Shown: positions 12,595-25,904 of the stretch, piece by piece
Layout of the letters: each line of letters opens with the position of its first letter
How positions within the stretch are numbered: position 1 is the first letter of the stretch
DNA from: Centroscyllium fabricii
Lineage: Eukaryota
DNA: 64,000 nt
Assembly: GCA_051313645.2 (NCBI GenBank)
Contig: JBNRSN020000003.1
Coordinates: 195,052,001-195,116,000, forward strand
Direction of reading: 5' to 3'
Position numbers and translations under genes: made by a program
The notes under the pieces: model-generated
Databases searched by the model: none
What the model was told of the DNA's origin: nothing
Seen by the model: only the letters and a program-made list of their open reading frames with translations

Positions 12595-14239
12595 TTAACT
12601 CTGTTTCTCTCTCTACAGATGCTGCCTGACCTGCTGAGTATTTCCAGCATTTTCTGTTTTCATTTCAGATTTCCAGCATCTGCAGTATTTTGCTTTTGTT
12701 GCAGAGAGAGAGTGTTGCACTTGTGGTGAAAGTGCAAAACTAGAGGCCATCAATATAAGATCGTCACCAAGATATCAAATAGGAAATTCAGAAGAAACGT
12801 CTTTGCCCAGAGAGTGATGAGAATGTGGAACTCGCTAACGCAGGATATGGTTGTGTGGTTGAGGCAAATAGTATCGATGCATTTAAGGGGAGGCTAGATA
12901 AGCCAATGAGGGAGAAGGAAATCGAGGGTTATGCTGATAGAGTTAGATGAGGAAATATGGGAGGAGGCTTGAGTGGAGCATAAACACCGGCATGGACTGG
13001 ATGGGTTAAAAGGCCTGTTTCTGTGCTGTATATTCTATTTATGCAAGATTCATATAGATCTACTATCACAAAGTTAGAACATTAGGATGTCCTACAGGGT
13101 TGTGTTAAGATAAAATCCATATGGGTATAAATAAAAAGAGAAATGGTACAATCCTGTTGTGGATTACAGGTTAGCGCACCCTTTCTTCTCACCTTATCTC
13201 TCTTGAAGATGTTATAACCAGGAATATAAGTTTCTAAACCTGTCAAAACTTACGTCACGTCTCTGTTTTGCTTACTACTCATACCCATCTTAACTATTAA
13301 TGCTTCGAAGTCTCCATTTGTTTTGAATGCTTCGTGCATTCACATACATACCCTTCATTCCTGACTCCAATATTTTGGAACGCTTTTACTTTTTCCTGTT
13401 TTTTTTTCATTTATTTTCATTAAACCTTTGATGTAGTTTTCCCTTGTTCAAGAAATCATTCCAATTCCCTAAGAATGCGAATCTCTCCCTTCTGCACCAG
13501 CCCTGCAGCCATGATCATATGCAGTTCTGCTTGTGTAGCAATAGCTGATTTGATAGAATAGCACTTTGACAAGGAAGACAAATGTTTGGGACCGACTGAT
13601 CTTTGAAAGAAAACTACAAGTAATCTTGCAAAATGAAGGCTGCACCTGTTGGATCGCTGAACATTATGGGGGTAACTTTCAACTTTGGTGAGGGCAGAAA
13701 AAATATATACACAGACTGATTAGATAAAGATCAGTTAAGTCCTTTTTTGATGCATGCCTTGGGGCAATTTATAAGAAGGTTCATAAGTTTATAATATCGC
13801 ACTCAGTAAAGGATCAGATTTTTTTTTGAAGATTGAAGCTAGTAACTTCTTGGCATTCAGAAAAAACTTATTTCCTAAGTGTCTCAGTGCAGAAGGCATG
13901 TCATAAATAAATATTAAATCAGTTCATAGACCATCCACAAGAGATTTGATAAAGCAGGGCATGAAGAGGCAACTGCCTTTACAAGCAGTATATTCTTATA
14001 CTTCTTGGCCTAGAAATTGGATAAGGCCAGAAAATAGGCGCAGGGATTGTGATGTGCTATCAACTCACGCCCATTTGGAGGACTGCAGGCAGCACACAAA
14101 CTTCATGCTGTCTGCTAATTTACATGATTGTAGCATTCAGCCCAGCTGAACATGCTGCTGAGTGGCTGAACGCAAGTTTGTGTGAGGCTAGCTCCAAATA
14201 AAGCTAGTTTGCACCACTTAACGGCAGTCTGCACCTCGT

Positions 14240-14737
14240 AGTCATAGAGTCATAGAGTTTTACAGCACCAAAAGAGGCCCTTCGGCCCATCGCGTCTATG
14301 CCGGCCATCAAGTCCTGTCTATTGTAATCCCATTTTCCTGCATTTGGTCCGTAGCCTTGTATGCTATGGCACTTCAAGTGTTCATCCAAATGTTTCTTGA
14401 ATGTTGTGAGGGTTCCTGCCTCCACCACCCTTTCAGGCAGTACGTTCCAGATTCCAACCACCCTCTGGGTGAAAAAGTTCCTCCTCAAATCCCTTCTAAA
14501 CCTCCTGCCCCTTACCTTGTAACTATGTCCCCTTGTTATTGACCCCTCTGCCAAGGGAAAAAGTTTCTTTCTAGCTACCCTATCTATGCCCCCCATAATT
14601 TTGTACACCTCAATCAGGTCCCCCCTCAGCCTTCTCTGCTCTAAGGAAAACAACCCCAGCCTGTCCAGTCTCTCTTCATTGCTGAAGCGCTCCAGCCCAG
14701 GTAACATCCTGGTGAATCTCCTCTGCACCATCTCCAA
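14240..14737 (-). mobile_element. CR1 LINE 3' fragment
   Basis: ORF 14204-14803(-): LEMVQRRFTRMLPGL..RGDLIEVYK..FFTQRVV; (GACTCTAT)n tail at 14240-14257. Confidence 0.92.
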
Positions 14738-14811
14738 GGCAAAGGGGAGGTGTCTTGTGCTTGCAAAAAATGATTGAAGTGACTGGGAAGACAGTGGACA
14801 CAAAGTTGTAA

Positions 14812-15843
14812 TGATGGCACAACAACAGAGGTAGCGTGCACCTAGGTTCTCCGATGCAGCACAGGAGGCCTTGGTCCAAGAGGTTAACTCCAGGAGAGAG
14901 GATAGGTTAGGTCATGGGATCTGTATGTGGTGAGACCCTGGGCACGAGTGGGCTGCAACCAGGGCAAGGGGAAACGGTGGCGCAGGTGCCAGGTCTCCTG
15001 AGGGCGAGGTCACACACGAGTTCTGTTGCACAGGACTCAGATGAAGACTTCGATGGGGTGACCTACAGAACAACGCTGATGGGTATGCACAATGAAATGC
15101 TTGGTGCATTGGCAAGCCTGCCAGAAAGCCTGAGTGCAATGTCAAAGAGCATGCCAGCTCCAGCCTTACACAGGGCTTTTGGCAGAGCTTTAAGCCCATC
15201 CTTTCCAGCGAGAAAGGGGTGGGCAGATCCATTAACGCACTCGTGGACCCAACCATCATGCCGCATTTGATGGTCAAAGTCTCAGCTTCTATTGTAGCAC
15301 AAGCAGAAGCCAGCCAACATCTGAGTGCTGCAATGGAAGCTCAAACTAATGTCATGCAAGCTCAGCTTGCTGCCACGCAAGCACAGACTGCTGCCATCAT
15401 GGCTGGGTATACCAGTGTTGAAAGGGGCTTGCAGGATGTTACAGCAGCCCAGTAGTCTGTCCTCCAGCAGATTACTAGGATTGGTGAGGCGCTGCCCCAG
15501 GGGAGTGGCAATGAATCCATGGAGTTCAACTCTGCTGTCCTCTCTCAGGATGATAGCATTCGTCCTTACACCACAGCCACTCCACCAGTGCCCTTGCTGT
15601 TGGCTGTCAGCCAGACAGCCCAGATAGCTGCCACCTGTGCCAAGGTGATGCAGCTCGAAGCTGGGCTTATTAGGCCCAGAGCTGCACAAGGTCATCCTGC
15701 AAGGCTATCTGCAGTCTCCGCCACTGAAAGTCAACAGCCTTCCACTAGCCATGCTGCAGCCACTGGTATGCACTGTGTAACAACACTAGGATAGGCAAAG
15801 GCACACACAAGGTAGTCACTAAGGGAATGCAGAAGGGTGATTA
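14812..15843 (+). pseudogene. Harbinger Myb/SANT-like accessory gene remnant
   Basis: N-terminal PRFSD..EALV motif and Ala/Gln-rich coiled-coil fragments (ORF 15219-15455). Confidence 0.55.
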
Positions 15844-16013
15844 GTTGATTTTTTGATGTAATATTGGATGGGTAAATGTATAAAGTTGGTTTGGAAAGTT
15901 TGCTTTGCGGTGGGTTTTATTTCAGCATTATGGCCAAAAGGACGCTGTGATAGTCAGCAACAGAGGGAAGGGAAGGTGTGGGACAAATGTTGACAGGATA
16001 ATTGGGGTTGCAG

Positions 16014-17219
16014 TCACTGGTACCGCAGGCGGATGATTTGATCCTGGCCAGAAAGGAGCTGGCTGGGTTGCCTTCTTCCTTCCGCTTCCACCTTCTCCTC
16101 TTCCACTTTCTCCTCTTCCAGTTCCTCCTCTTCCTCCTCCTCGTCCTCCTCCTCCTCCTGTTCCTGAGCTGGTGGCCATATCCCTGGTGGCAATGGCTGT
16201 GTCCTCATGATGGTTAGGTTGTGGAGGATACAGCACACCACCACGAATCGGGACACATGCTTCTATGAGTACTGCAGGGCTCCTCCAGAGCAGTCCCAGC
16301 AGTGGAACCATTGCTTCAGCACCCCAAAGGTCTGCTCTATGATGCTTCATGTGACAGCATTGCTCTTGTTGTATGCATGCTGTCCACATATGGTTGGGCT
16401 GCAGAGTGGAGTCATGAGCGAGGTGGTCAGCAGATAGCCTTTGTCACCAGTAGCCACCCTCTGGTTTGTCGTGGTGGCTCAGAGACTGAGGGAACAGCGG
16501 ACTGATGCAGAATAAAAGCATCATGACTGCTGCCAGGATACTGGGCATTCACCATCATAATGCGCTGAACATGGTCGCACACCAACTGCACATTCAGCGA
16601 GTGGTAACCTTTACAGTTACAGCTCAGCATTTCGATGTGGTGCCTGCAAATTCACATGCATGCAGTCGATGGCGCCCTGCACCATGGGGAAGCCCGCTAT
16701 CCTGGCAAAGCCATGTGCATGCTCCGTCTGCTTCTCTCTGGTCAGAGAGAAAACAATGAAATCCCCTCTCCTGGCATAAAGAGCTTCTGTCACCTCTCAT
16801 GCAGCAAAGGATGGCAATGTTTCAAATATCACCTGCTCCAGCCTGGAAGGATCCCGCGCAAAGAAACTCAGGGCCACGGTCACCTTCACAGCCACTGGCA
16901 GCATTGTCCTTGCCCTGGTGTGAGGCTGCAGGTCTGGTTACAGGAGGTGGCAGAGTTCTGTGAGCACCTCCTTCGTAAAGTGTAGACGCCTCACACACTG
17001 CTCCTGGCTCAGACTGTGGTAAGAGAATTGCTCTCGGAAGACCTGAGGTGGGTAAGATCTCCTGCTGAGAGCCCTTCTCTCCCTCCTCCTCCTCCCTCTG
17101 CAAGCAGCTGGTTCTCTTCTTTGCTGCCTCTGCTCCATCTCCCTGTCATGACTGGGAGCAAGTTGTCTGACCAGAAACTTTGAAGTCAAGAGAAAGGCCT
17201 TCTCCACTTGGGGAACCAC
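16014..17219 (-). pseudogene. Harbinger (HARBI1-like) DDE transposase, frameshifted
   Basis: Fragments QCVRRLHFTKEVLTELCHLL, GAIDCMH, KGYHSLNVQLVCDH, PGSSHDAFIL, CCILHNL, acidic tail. Confidence 0.88.
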
Positions 17220-17891
17220 TCCCTGTTACCTGACTAACTTTAAACAACTCTAGAAAGCTGCAAACGCTTCCACAAACTTACACAGAGCCAATAGAAATCA
17301 AAGCGCAAGTTACTTGAAAGTTGGTGTTGATCCCTTTAAATAGCACTGGTGGGCACTGGGGGGACAGGGTCCTTTAGCTGTTCAGCTATGCAAGCTTAAG
17401 AGAGGGCATTAGCTCCAGTGATGACAGCGAAAATGGCAGCGCTGGCATCAAATCAGCATTGCACGCTCACTGACGTCACAATCTGCCTACTTAACATACT
17501 TCCAGTGCAGACTCCTAATGGCCTCCCTACTGCCCTCACCAAGGTGACGTACAGCGCTGCCTGCATCAGAAGTGTGTGCACTGCTCAGACACCATTTTGG
17601 ACCCTATTTGGCACAGGTAGTATCCAAACAACTGGTGCTATGCTACTGAACCTTTAGCCCCTTATGTTTTAGGCAAACAGATAAGAGTCCAGAGACTCGC
17701 CAAAAATCTTTAGTAATGAGATTGGATCGTGAGAGGAATGACAATGTAGAATTATGATGGAACATCTACAAAACAATGATGGAAATAGTTTCAAAAGGTT
17801 ATTACTGAACCATTCACAATGGGTATGTGGAAAGCTCAAAATAAGGAATGATATGAAGCAAACCTTAGAGGTCATGGTGGCACAACATATT

Positions 17892-18702
17892 GGGCCCTGT
17901 TTTCCTGTGCTCCAGAAGAGCTGCACCCCCATGAAGGGGGGTCAGAAATGCCTCGTGGGGGTGCAGCTCGGGTGATTACCAGAAACGTGAATTTCCTGTG
18001 CTGATGGGCAAGGGGCTTCAGCTTCCTACCCAGGAAGACTTTGAGCTGCCGATTTCCTGTGGCAGCTGCTCAAAATGCATGTGTATCACGTGGGCAAGTC
18101 TCTCTTCAGCTGCACATTTAAAAAGCAGTCTTAGAGGTGCTGCAGCAGCTTTGAGAAGTGGAGAAACACGTTTAAAGGTAAGTTTTTTTTTGATTCCTTT
18201 GCAGATATTTGTCTGTGGTCTTTCAGCTTTTGAATGGTAGGGTTTTTTTTTTGTGAAAGTGAAAAAAAACCGGGTTTTGAACGCGATGTCAGCAGCTCTG
18301 ATGGCCATCACTGCTGAAAGACCACAGATAAATATCTGCAAAGGAATCAAAAAAAAACTTACCTTTAAATGTGTTTTTCTCACTTCCAGCAAAAAGAAAC
18401 CCTAACAGCAGAAAAGGCAGAAACAGCTTCCTAGAAACTTAAAAAAACCAAAAAAAAGGTGCTTCCTACCCGATATTCTTTGTCCTGAGGCCGATTCTGT
18501 GCTTTGTGCGGGGGAGAAAGCCGACCTCAGTGGGCGTGGCTTGCACCACGCACCAAAAAAAACCAGACCCCTACGCTGGAAAAAACCCGGCATTTTCCAC
18601 AGGAAATTGCCGTCAGAAAAAAATAAATAATTACGTGCGCGTGCGCCGCGGGAGCATGTGAGCGCGCACCCGCAGCAATCGGGCCACAGGAAAACAGGGC
18701 CC
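17892..18702. mobile_element. MITE, Harbinger-type
   Basis: Perfect 18-bp TIRs GGGCCCTGTTTTCCTGTG / CACAGGAAAACAGGGCCC; 3-bp TSD ATT; internal ~70-bp inverted repeat. Confidence 0.9.
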
Positions 18703-19066
18703 ATTTTTTTTTATTCATCACGGGATATGGGCATCACTGGGAAGGCCAACATTTATTTTCCATCCCTGATCACCCTTAAGAAGGGGTTAGTGATATGCCT
18801 TCTTGAACCGCTACAGTCCATGTGGTGAAGGTATTCCCACAGTGCTGTTAGGGAGGGAGTTTCAGGATTTTGACCCAGTGACGAGGAAGTAATGGCAATA
18901 TAATTCCAGTTCAGGATGCTGTGTGACTTGGAGGGGAACTTGGAGGTGCTGGTGTTCCCATGTGCCTGCTGCCCTTGTCCTTTTAGGTGGTAGAGGTCGT
19001 GGATTTGACAGGTGCTGTCGTAGAAAACCTGGTGAGTTGTTGCAGTGCATCTTGTAAATGGTATTG

Positions 19067-22000
19067 TGTGGCGGCACGCCCACTAGGACACCGAATCCGC
19101 CATGGGAACACTGCGGGGCATGGCCCCGCTCATCCGGGTGACGCGATGACGTCACCACGACTTCCGGCGTGATGACGTCACCAACGGCGGGCAGTTTAAA
19201 TAAGCCTGCTTTGAGTGGTTCACTCTCTTCCTGTGTAACTGTAATGCATTAAACAAGTGTTTTCTCTAGCTCTCTGGCTCACACGTGGTTTCTAGGCCTT
19301 GCTGGCGCTACAGTGGTGACCCCGAATTGGAACGACTTCCAAAGAAAAAAGCTGCCGCAGGATCAAGGATCACCAGCCTAAGGACACTTTAAAAGGGAAA
19401 ACATGGCTGCAAGAGTAAGGAACCAAGCTCCACGAACCCAAGGACTTGGCCAGAACTTCGGGCACAGACTTACCCTGCCAGAGTTCTGGGAGCAACGGCC
19501 AGCGGCCTGGTTTATGTGTATTGAAACCAGCTGCCGCAAACATGGCGTCCAGGGGGACGACCGCTACGACCTGGTCTTCTCAGCCCTACCGCAATCGACG
19601 ATCGATCGGATGTGGTCCAAACTACAGTGTGTGCCCACTACAGGCAGGTACGAGACCCTCAAGGCCGCGCTCATAATTTTTTTTACCCCCTCTCAATTCG
19701 AGCGTGACTGCCAGCTCCTTAACCTCCCCGAACTCGGGGACGCAGACCCATCAGACCTTTTCGGTCAGATGCAAGCGCTCACCGCCAATCCCGCCTCCCT
19801 GTTCCGCACCATTTTCCTCCTCAAACTACCCCGCTCCATCAGACCGGCCCTGGCGGCCCTTGGCCAGCGGAGCGACGACGAGCTCGCTGAGGAAGCCGAC
19901 AGGCTCATGGCGGCAGAGCGCACCCGCTCAACCACGTGCGACCCTAACGCCGCATCTATCGAGCGCAACCACTCGCCCCCCAGGCCCAACCTCATGCCTG
20001 AACCAAGGCCCCCGCGCCCTCCCAGGCAACCGCGTCCCTCTAGCACCAGCTGGTGCTACTACCACACGCGGTTCGATAATAAAGCGCACCGCTGCGTCCA
20101 GCCATGCGCATTTAAGCCACGGCCCACCCCAGCCCCCACTATGTCTGTAGGACACACAGGAGCACTGCTCTTTGTCACAGACAGCGGCACAGGCCTCAGG
20201 TTCCTCTGCGACACAGGCACACAGCACAGCATCGTGCCAGCCTCCCCAGCAGAAGCCAAACAAGGCACCCGGGGCCTGCCACTCGCAGCGGCCAACAGCT
20301 CCAATATTAAAACGTACGGCACCCGCAAGCTCACGATTAGACTTGCAGGCCACACATATAACTGGGACTTTGTTACAGCCCAGGTCACTTCACCCCTCCT
20401 CAGGGCAGATTTCCTCTGCGCCCACGGCCTGCTGGTCGACATGACCCGGCGCGCTTGGTCGACATCAATAACATGTCGACCATCCCATGCTCCACAGGGC
20501 CCGCACTCCTGGCCCACGCGGCCGCCCAATGCCGCTCTCGGAACTCCGACGCCTACGGCACACTCTTAGCAGTGTTCCCCACCCTAACCAACCCCACGTT
20601 CACCGCCCGCCGGGCCAAACACGGGGTAGAGCATTTTATAACCACCACCGGCCCTCCCGTCCATGCCCATGCCCGCAGGCTCGACCCGGCCAAACAGGAG
20701 ATCGAGCGCACCGAGTTCCGCACCATGGAGCAACTCGGTATTATCCGCCGCTCCAACAGCCCCTGGGCCTCTCCTCTCTACATAGCCCCCAAGCCGGGCG
20801 GGGGTTGGCGCCCCTGCGGCGACTACCGCCGCCTTAACAATGCCACCACCCCGGATAGGTACCCCGTACCCCACATCCAGGATTTCTCCGCCAGACTAGC
20901 GGGCTGCACGATCTTCTCCAAGATCGACCTGGTGCGTGGCTACCACCAGGTTCCGGTGCACCCGGCGGACATTTCTAAAACGGCCGTCATCACTCCCTTT
21001 GGACTCTTCGAGTTTCTCAGGATGCCCTTCAGCCTTAAAAACGCGGCCCAGGCCTTCCAGCGCCTCATGGACTCAGTCCTACGGGACTTGACGTTCATTT
21101 TCGTCTACCTGGACGACATCCTCATGGCCAGCACCTCCCCCCAGGAACACCTCCTGCACCTCAGGACCCTGTTCCAGCGCCTGGTCGAACACGGCCTAAT
21201 ATTAAGCCCCACTAAGTGTAAATTCGGCCTCCAAACCATTGACTTCCTCGGCCACCGCATTTCCCAAACCGGGGCCATACCCCTGCCCTCCAAGGTGCAG
21301 GCGGTCCAGGAATTTCCCCGCCCGCACTCCATTAGGGGCTGCAGGAATTTCTGGGGATGGTCAATTTTTACAACCGCTTTATCCCGGGAGCGGCCGCTCT
21401 CATGGCCCCCTTATACCAGGCCACACGCGGGCAACCCGGCAAAACTGCGGTAGAGTGGACGGCCGACGCCGACACCGCCTTCACCGCAACCAAAACTGCC
21501 CTGGCTAACGCCACCCTCCTAGCTCACCCTAGGCCCAACGCCAGAGTAGCCCTCACCACTGACGCCTCCGACCACGCTGTCGGGGCCGTATTTGAACAGT
21601 GGACCGGCAACTCGTGGCAGCCCCTGGCCTTTTTCAGCCGGCAGCTCCGGCCCCCAGAGGTCAAGTACAGCGCCTTCGATAGGGAGCTCCTCGCTCTCCA
21701 TCTGGCAGTGCGACATTTTCGCTTCCTCCTCGAGGGCCGCCACTTCACAGCCTTCGTCGACCATAAGCCACTCACCTTCGTGATGGCTAAGGTCGCCGAA
21801 CCCTGGTCGGCCAGGCAGCAGCGCCAGCTCACGGCCGTGTCGGAATTTACGACCGACATTCAACACATTTCCGGCCGCGACAACGTGGTCGCTGACTGCC
21901 TCTCACGCCCCACTATTAACGCCGCCCAAATGGCGGTCGATTACGCCCAGCTGGCAGCAGACCAGCTGGCCGACCCTGACCTGCTCAACCCTGCAGCAAA

Positions 22001-23499
22001 CCTCCCCGGCCTCCACTTGGCCAAGATCGCGCACGGCCCCGCTGCCACCGTCGTCTGCTGCGACGTGTCCCTGCCGCAGCCCAGGCCCGTCGTCCCCCAA
22101 GCATGGAGGCGACACATTTTCAAGACCCTCCATGACCTGTCCCACCCCGGCACCCGCGCGTCGATTAAACTAATCTCGGCCCGGTTCGTATGGCGCGGCC
22201 TGCGCAAAGACGTCTGCGCCTGGGCCAACTCCTGCATTGCCTGCCAGCGCTCCAAAGTGCATAAGCACATCAGGGCACCGCTGGAAACGTTTACAGTGCC
22301 GGCCAGACGCTTTGACCACGTCCATATCGATCTCGTTGGGCCACTACCGCCATCCCGGGGCCACACGCATGTAATGACCATGGTCGACCGCAAGACTCGC
22401 TGGCCAGAAGCAGTCCCCCTCGCTGCCACCGGCACCACGGACTTGGCCAGGGCGTTCATCGCCACCTGGGTCGCCCGCTTCGGCGTGCCCACCGACATCA
22501 CCTCCGACAGAGGACCCCAGTTTACGTCAGCACTATGGGCGGCCATCGCCCGCGACCTCGGGGTAACCTTGCATCGAACCACCGCATACCACCCACAAGC
22601 TAACGGGCTCTGCGAACGGTTCCACCGCTCTATGAAAGCATCACTGCGGGCCACCCTCAAAGATGCGTCATGGACCGACCGTCTCCCATGGGTCCTCCTC
22701 GGGCTGCGCTCGGCAGTCAAAGAGGACCTAAACGCCTCGGCAGCAGAACTCGTCTACGGCCAAGCCCTAACAGTGCCGGGCGAATTTCTAGCCAAGCCAA
22801 ACGCTCTCTGGTCAGCCGACCAGTACCTAAAGGACTTTGCCAACCACTACCAGTGGCCCGGCACGGAGAGCCAGCAGCACGAGTACCGGATGGCATTAAA
22901 AATTCGAAATTTGTGTTCGTCCGGCGCGACGGACACCAATCACCACTACAGCCACCATACGATGGCCCTTATAGAGTGCTTCGGGCGGGAGCTAAAGCTT
23001 TCCAGCTTCAAATGGGCAACAGAACAGAAACGGTTTCAATAGACCAGCTCAAACCGGCACACGTTATAGCGGGCGAGACGACAGTCCCCGCACAACCACC
23101 GCAACGCGGACGCCCTCCCGCAACAACACCCGCCCACACTCCACCGCAGAACCAGGAACAATGCACAACACGGGCCGGCCGCATCATCCGGCCACCCCAA
23201 CGGCTCACATAGACTCTTTCTTATTCTCCCGGACAGATTCTGGGGGGGAGCTGTGTGGCGGCACGCCCACTAGGACACCGAATCCGCCACGGGAACACTG
23301 CGGGGCATGGCCCCGCTCATCCGGGTGACGCGATGACATCACCATGACTTCCGGCGTGATGACGTCACCAACGGCGGGCAGTTTAAATAAGCCTGCTTCG
23401 AGTGGTTCACTCTCTTCCTGTGTAACTGTAATGCATTAAACAAGTGTTTTCTCTAGCTCTCTGGCTCACGCGTGGTTTCTAGGCCTTGCTGGCGCTACA
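19067..23499 (+). mobile_element. Full-length Gypsy, CsRN1-type (copy A); LTRs 19067-19312 and 23254-23499
   Basis: 246-bp TG..CA LTRs (5 mismatches by eye); PBS TGGTGACCCCG (tRNA-Trp); PPT GGGGGGGAG; CHCC Gag motif; flanks ATTG/ATAC (imperfect TSD). Confidence 0.97.
19403..23212 (+). pseudogene. gag-pol of copy A, frameshifted
   Basis: ORFs 19403-20569, 20455-21453, 21357-23042 and 22670-23212 give Gag-PR(CDTG)-RT(YLDD)-RH(TDAS)-IN(GPY). Confidence 0.93.
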
Positions 23500-24586
23500 A
23501 TACACTGCAGCTACAGTACACCGGTGGTGGAGGGAGTGAATGTTTAAGGTGGTGGATGGGGTGCCAATCAAGCAGGCTGCTTTGTCCTGGATGGTGGCGA
23601 GCTTCCTGATTGTTGTTAGAGCTACACTCACCCATGCAAGTGGAGAGTATTCCATCACACTCCTTACTTGTGCCTTGTAGATGGTGGAAAGACTTTGGGG
23701 AGTCAGGAGGTGAGACACTCGCCGCAGTATACCCAGCCTCTGACCTGCTCTTGTTGCCATTTATGTGGCTGGTCCAGTTAAGTTTCTGATCAATGGTAAC
23801 CCTAGGATGTTAATGGTGGGCAATTTAATGATGGTAATGCTGATGAATGTCATGGGGAGGTGGTTAGACTCTCTCTTGTTGGAGATAGTCATTACCTGAC
23901 ACTTGCGTGGCGCGAATGCTGCTTACCACTTATCAGCCCAAGCCTGAATGTTGTCTTGCTGCATACAGGCATGGACTCTTTCATTATCTGAGGAGTTGTG
24001 AATGAAACTGAACACTGCAATCATCAGTAAACATCCCCACCTCTGACCTTATGATGAAGGGAAGGTCATTGATGAAGCAGCTGAAGATGGTTGGGCCCAG
24101 GACAATGCCCTAAGGAACTCCTGGAGGAATGTCCTGTGGCTTAGATGATTAACCTCCAACAACCACAACCATCTTCCATTGTGCTAGGTATGACTCCAGC
24201 CAGTGGAGAGTTTTCCCCCTGATTCCCATTGACTTCAATTTTATCAGGGCCCTTGATGCCATACTCGGTTAAATGCTGCCTTGATGTTGAGGCCAATCAC
24301 TCTCACCTTTGGAATTCAGCTCTTTTGTTCATGTTTGGACCAAGGCTGTAATGAGGTGTGGAGCAGCGTGGTCCTGGAGGAACCCAAACTAAGCAGGTTA
24401 TTGGTGAGTAAGTGCACCTTGACAGCACTGCCAATGACACCTTCCATCACTTTGTTGTTGATGTAATTGGCTGGTTTCGACTTGTCTTGCTTTTTGTGGA
24501 TAGGACATACTTGGGCAGTTTCCCACATTGTTGGGTGGATGCCAGTGCAGTAGCTGTACTGGAACTGCTTGGCTAGTGGCACGGCC

Positions 24587-25212
24587 CAGTGGCCTGTCAC
24601 TTTAATTCTCCACTCCATTCCCACTCAGACCTCACCGTCCTCAGCCTCTTGCATTGTCCCATGGAAACTCAGCGTAAGCTTGAGGAACAGCACCTCATCT
24701 TTCGATTAGGCACTCTACAGCCCTCTGGACTCAACATAGAGTTCAACAATTTCAGATCATAACCTCTGCCCCTATCACATATATATACTTTCTTTTTTTT
24801 TATCCACAATTTTTGTTTGGCCCTTTTTTTTTCTTCTTCCCTCCCACATGGCAGCTGTCCTTCATTCTGCCAGCACAATTCACACCCCATCTAGAGCCAT
24901 CCTCTGTTTCTTAACCTGTCGCATTACCACCTCCTCACCTTGAATATCTCTAAATCTCTCTCAATGTCTCTTAATCTCTCCTGCTTTCTACCCGATCACT
25001 GACCTTCCCTTTTGTTCTTTCATCGCCTCCCCCTTTTCCCAGCCCCTAAACCTGCTTTCCATTTCCTGCTTTATTCCCATTCTAACGAAGGGTCATCGAC
25101 CTGAAACATTAACACTGTTTCTCTCTCCATGGATGCTGCCCTGGCCTGCTGAGTTTTTCCAGCATTTTCTGTTGTTATTTCGGATTTCCAGCATCCGCAG
25201 TATTTTGCTATC
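24587..25212 (+). mobile_element. Penelope-like element 3' fragment (GIY-YIG C-terminus plus pLTR with decayed hammerhead)
   Basis: Translates VACHFNSPLHSHSDL..RKLEEQHLIFRLGTLQPSGLNIEFNNFR; CTAACGA..GAAAC at ~25082-25107. Confidence 0.88.
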
Positions 25213-25904
25213 ATAGTTCTGGAGAACGTAGCTTCAGCATGACAGCCGGGATGTTGTTGGGTCCCATTGCCTTTGCCATATCCAGAATGCTCAGCCATTT
25301 TTTTATATCACGTGGAGTGAATCGAATTGGCTGAAGACTGGCTTCTGTGATGGTGGGGATCTCAGGAGGAAGCTGAGGTAAATCATCCACTCAGCATTTC
25401 TAGTTGAAGATGGTTGAAAATGCTTCAGCCATGTCTTTTGCACTCATGTGCTGGGGTCCGCCATCATTGAGGGTGAGGATATTCATGGAGTCCCCTCCGC
25501 CCGTTACTTGTTTAATTGTCCACCACCATTCACGAATGGATGTGGCAGGACTGCAGAGCTGTGATCTGATCCATTGGTTTTGGGATCGCTTAGATCTGTC
25601 TATAGAATGCTGCTTCCACTATTTAGCATGCATGTAGTCCTGTCTTGTAACTTCACCAGGTTGGCACCTCATTTTTAGGTACACCCGGTGCTGCTCCTGG
25701 CATGCTCTTCTACACTCCTCATTGAACCAGTGTTGGTCCCCTGACTTGATGGTAATGATAGAGTGAGGGATATGCTGGGCCATGAGGTTACAGATTGTGG
25801 AATACAATTCTGCTGCTGCTGATAGCCCACAGTGCCTCATGGATACCCAGTTTTGAGCTGCTAGATCTGTTCTGAATCTATCCCATTTAGCATGTAGGTA
25901 GTGC

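Larger units (their letters stand above)
11461..12698 (+). mobile_element. Penelope-like element 3' end/pLTR fragment, split by a MITE
   Basis: Collinear with the 3' region of the GIY-YIG-bearing copy at 24587-25212; carries the CTGATGA..GAAAC core. Confidence 0.75.
11075..13040 (+). mobile_element. Old CR1 3' fragment interrupted by a Penelope fragment and MITE (pieces ~11075-11460 and ~12700-13040)
   Basis: [25 protein letters not shown], later TRGHQYKI..RNVF..VMRMWNS and a CR1 3' hairpin. Confidence 0.8.
14008..17660. mobile_element. Degraded autonomous PIF/Harbinger transposon (convergent Myb/SANT and transposase genes); ends approximate
   Basis: Plus-strand Myb-like start (PRFSDAAQEALVQEV) and minus-strand HARBI1-like DDE transposase fragments. 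Confidence 0.75.
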
